Source: Octopus sinensis
Lineage: Eukaryota
DNA length: 64,000 nucleotides
Direction: 5' to 3'
Assembly (NCBI RefSeq): GCF_006345805.1
Contig: NC_043010.1
Coordinates: 29,326,001 to 29,390,000, forward strand
In this document: in pieces, positions 62,631 through 64,000 of the stretch
Layout of the letters: every line of letters starts with the position of its first letter
Numbering within the stretch: position 1 is the stretch's first letter
Made by a program: the position numbers and the translations under genes
The notes under the pieces: model-generated
The model's database searches: none
What the model was told of the DNA's origin: nothing
What the model saw: the letters and a program-made list of their open reading frames with translations, nothing else

Positions 62631-64000
62631 CTAGAAGGCAATGAAATGCGTCTGCTGTAAGTAACTTTTAGCACAAGAAGTTTCAGTAGAACATTGTAAT
62701 TAAAACTTTTGTTAAATCTAAGTATATTTATCGATATGTCCATATATAACATGAATTATATGCAATATTGTGTAATTCTTCTACACAAAGTATATGTATA
62801 TGTCACCAAAAATTTAAGCAAAACTTGAATAGGTATAGATCTGGCTGTGTGGTTAAGAAATTTGCTTTCAAACCACCCGGATTCGACTACAATTTATGAC
62901 ATTTTGAGTGAATATCTTTCACTAATGCTTGAGTTGTTCCAAAATTTGTAAGTGGAGTTTGGTAGCTGGAAACTAGACGGAAAATTGTCGTACACACACA
63001 CGCACATGTATGTGTTTGTATGTATCTGTGTGTATGCATGTTGGTTTTTATTTTTACTGTTAAATAAATAAAAATCGGTGTTATTGTTTAAGTTGTGTTC
63101 ATTAACATTCCAAAACTTTAAGATTAGACAAAAAAGGTTGAGAATATAAATATCAGACTATGAAATCTACCCTGGGATTGCAATGTGCGGTTAAGCCCCA
63201 TGACAACAATGTCCCAACATTACTGTAATTCAATGGGTGTAACTACTAAAAAATAAAAGCCTTTATTTTTAGGGTAAAGATTATCCAAAACTGCATTTGA
63301 AGGAAATTTAACTGCTATTTCTTGAAGATTAACCATATAGAGGCACCTTTATTTTGGGTTAAAGGTTGTCTATTATACACAATTCTTGGCCAAGCTCTAT
63401 TGTCAAGAGAGGGTTATATAAGGAACTGATCCTTAATTGGTTATTTATTGTTCTCCATAGCATGGCAAAATTAATGGAATATAAGTAATCGAAGTGACAA
63501 CCAGGTGTGATCTCGAAATCTATTACTGCACTTATGTCATTGTCCTAATCCTGACCTACTAACGAACATACTGACATGCAAGAGTTAATTGAATGCTATA
63601 TTCTAGCCATTCTCCAATCCGTTTGTGTACCAGATTCTGGGGGCAATATCTACAACAAAGGTAATCAAAATGAACTGTGAACATTTTATCTAGTTTACTG
63701 AACATTATGCTTGCAGTAATGCTTAATATTAGCATCCTATTTAATCTTTTAGGCTTAATACCTACTGAAAAACAATTTAATGATGCACACATGTAATGTA
63801 TACCTATTGCGTCCCTGAATTACAAGCATGGAAAAAGATAAAAGAATGTATGTATAAATCCACTGGTTGAGCTTTTTGTCTAGCTAGTATTTTTAATATA
63901 GATAACTAGCTATATATGTATAAGTAAATATTTGTGCATATATGTATTTATTTGAGCATCTGCCTGTCTGCCTCTCTCCCTTGGCCTGTCTCTCTCCCTC

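Noticed and set aside
63559-63792. ORF as the missing upstream PLAT exon or signal-peptide exon
   Set aside because: Stops block the required phase 1->0 frame, so the next upstream exon is presumed to lie outside the window.

Overview
AT-rich, microsatellite-dense eukaryotic DNA. The tRNA-derived SINE families, RTE and Penelope content, and intron sizes look like a cephalopod (Octopus-like) genome; this is inferred from repeat style, not from a database search. One protein-coding gene was reconstructed by hand on the minus strand. It has 11 phase-compatible exons from 62630 to 20740, 2160 nt in total (719 aa plus stop), and its 5' end lies beyond the window. It encodes about 4.5 tandem PLAT/LH2-like beta-sandwich units, a Thr/Pro mucin stalk, a Cys/coiled-coil juxtamembrane segment and one C-terminal transmembrane helix. 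The ORF track shows only fragments of it. The rest of the window is transposon-derived: RTE, CR1-like and R4/Dong-like LINE fragments, several Penelope-like elements (PLEs), an internally deleted Gypsy-type LTR element with a -1 frameshift signal, Helitron, Tc1/mariner, hAT and Chapaev3-like remnants, MITEs and many SINEs. The most striking non-coding signal is at least 13 type I hammerhead ribozyme motifs with intact cores, plus about 4 degenerate ones. Seven lie in two related, ORF-less, highly structured tandem arrays with 475-490 nt units (16468-18252 and 25363-26793). These look like non-LTR retrozymes (circRNA-producing, PLE-dependent elements) and show compensatory base changes between the two families. 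One array sits in sense orientation inside an intron of the PLAT gene; the other lies about 2.5-4.3 kb past its stop codon.
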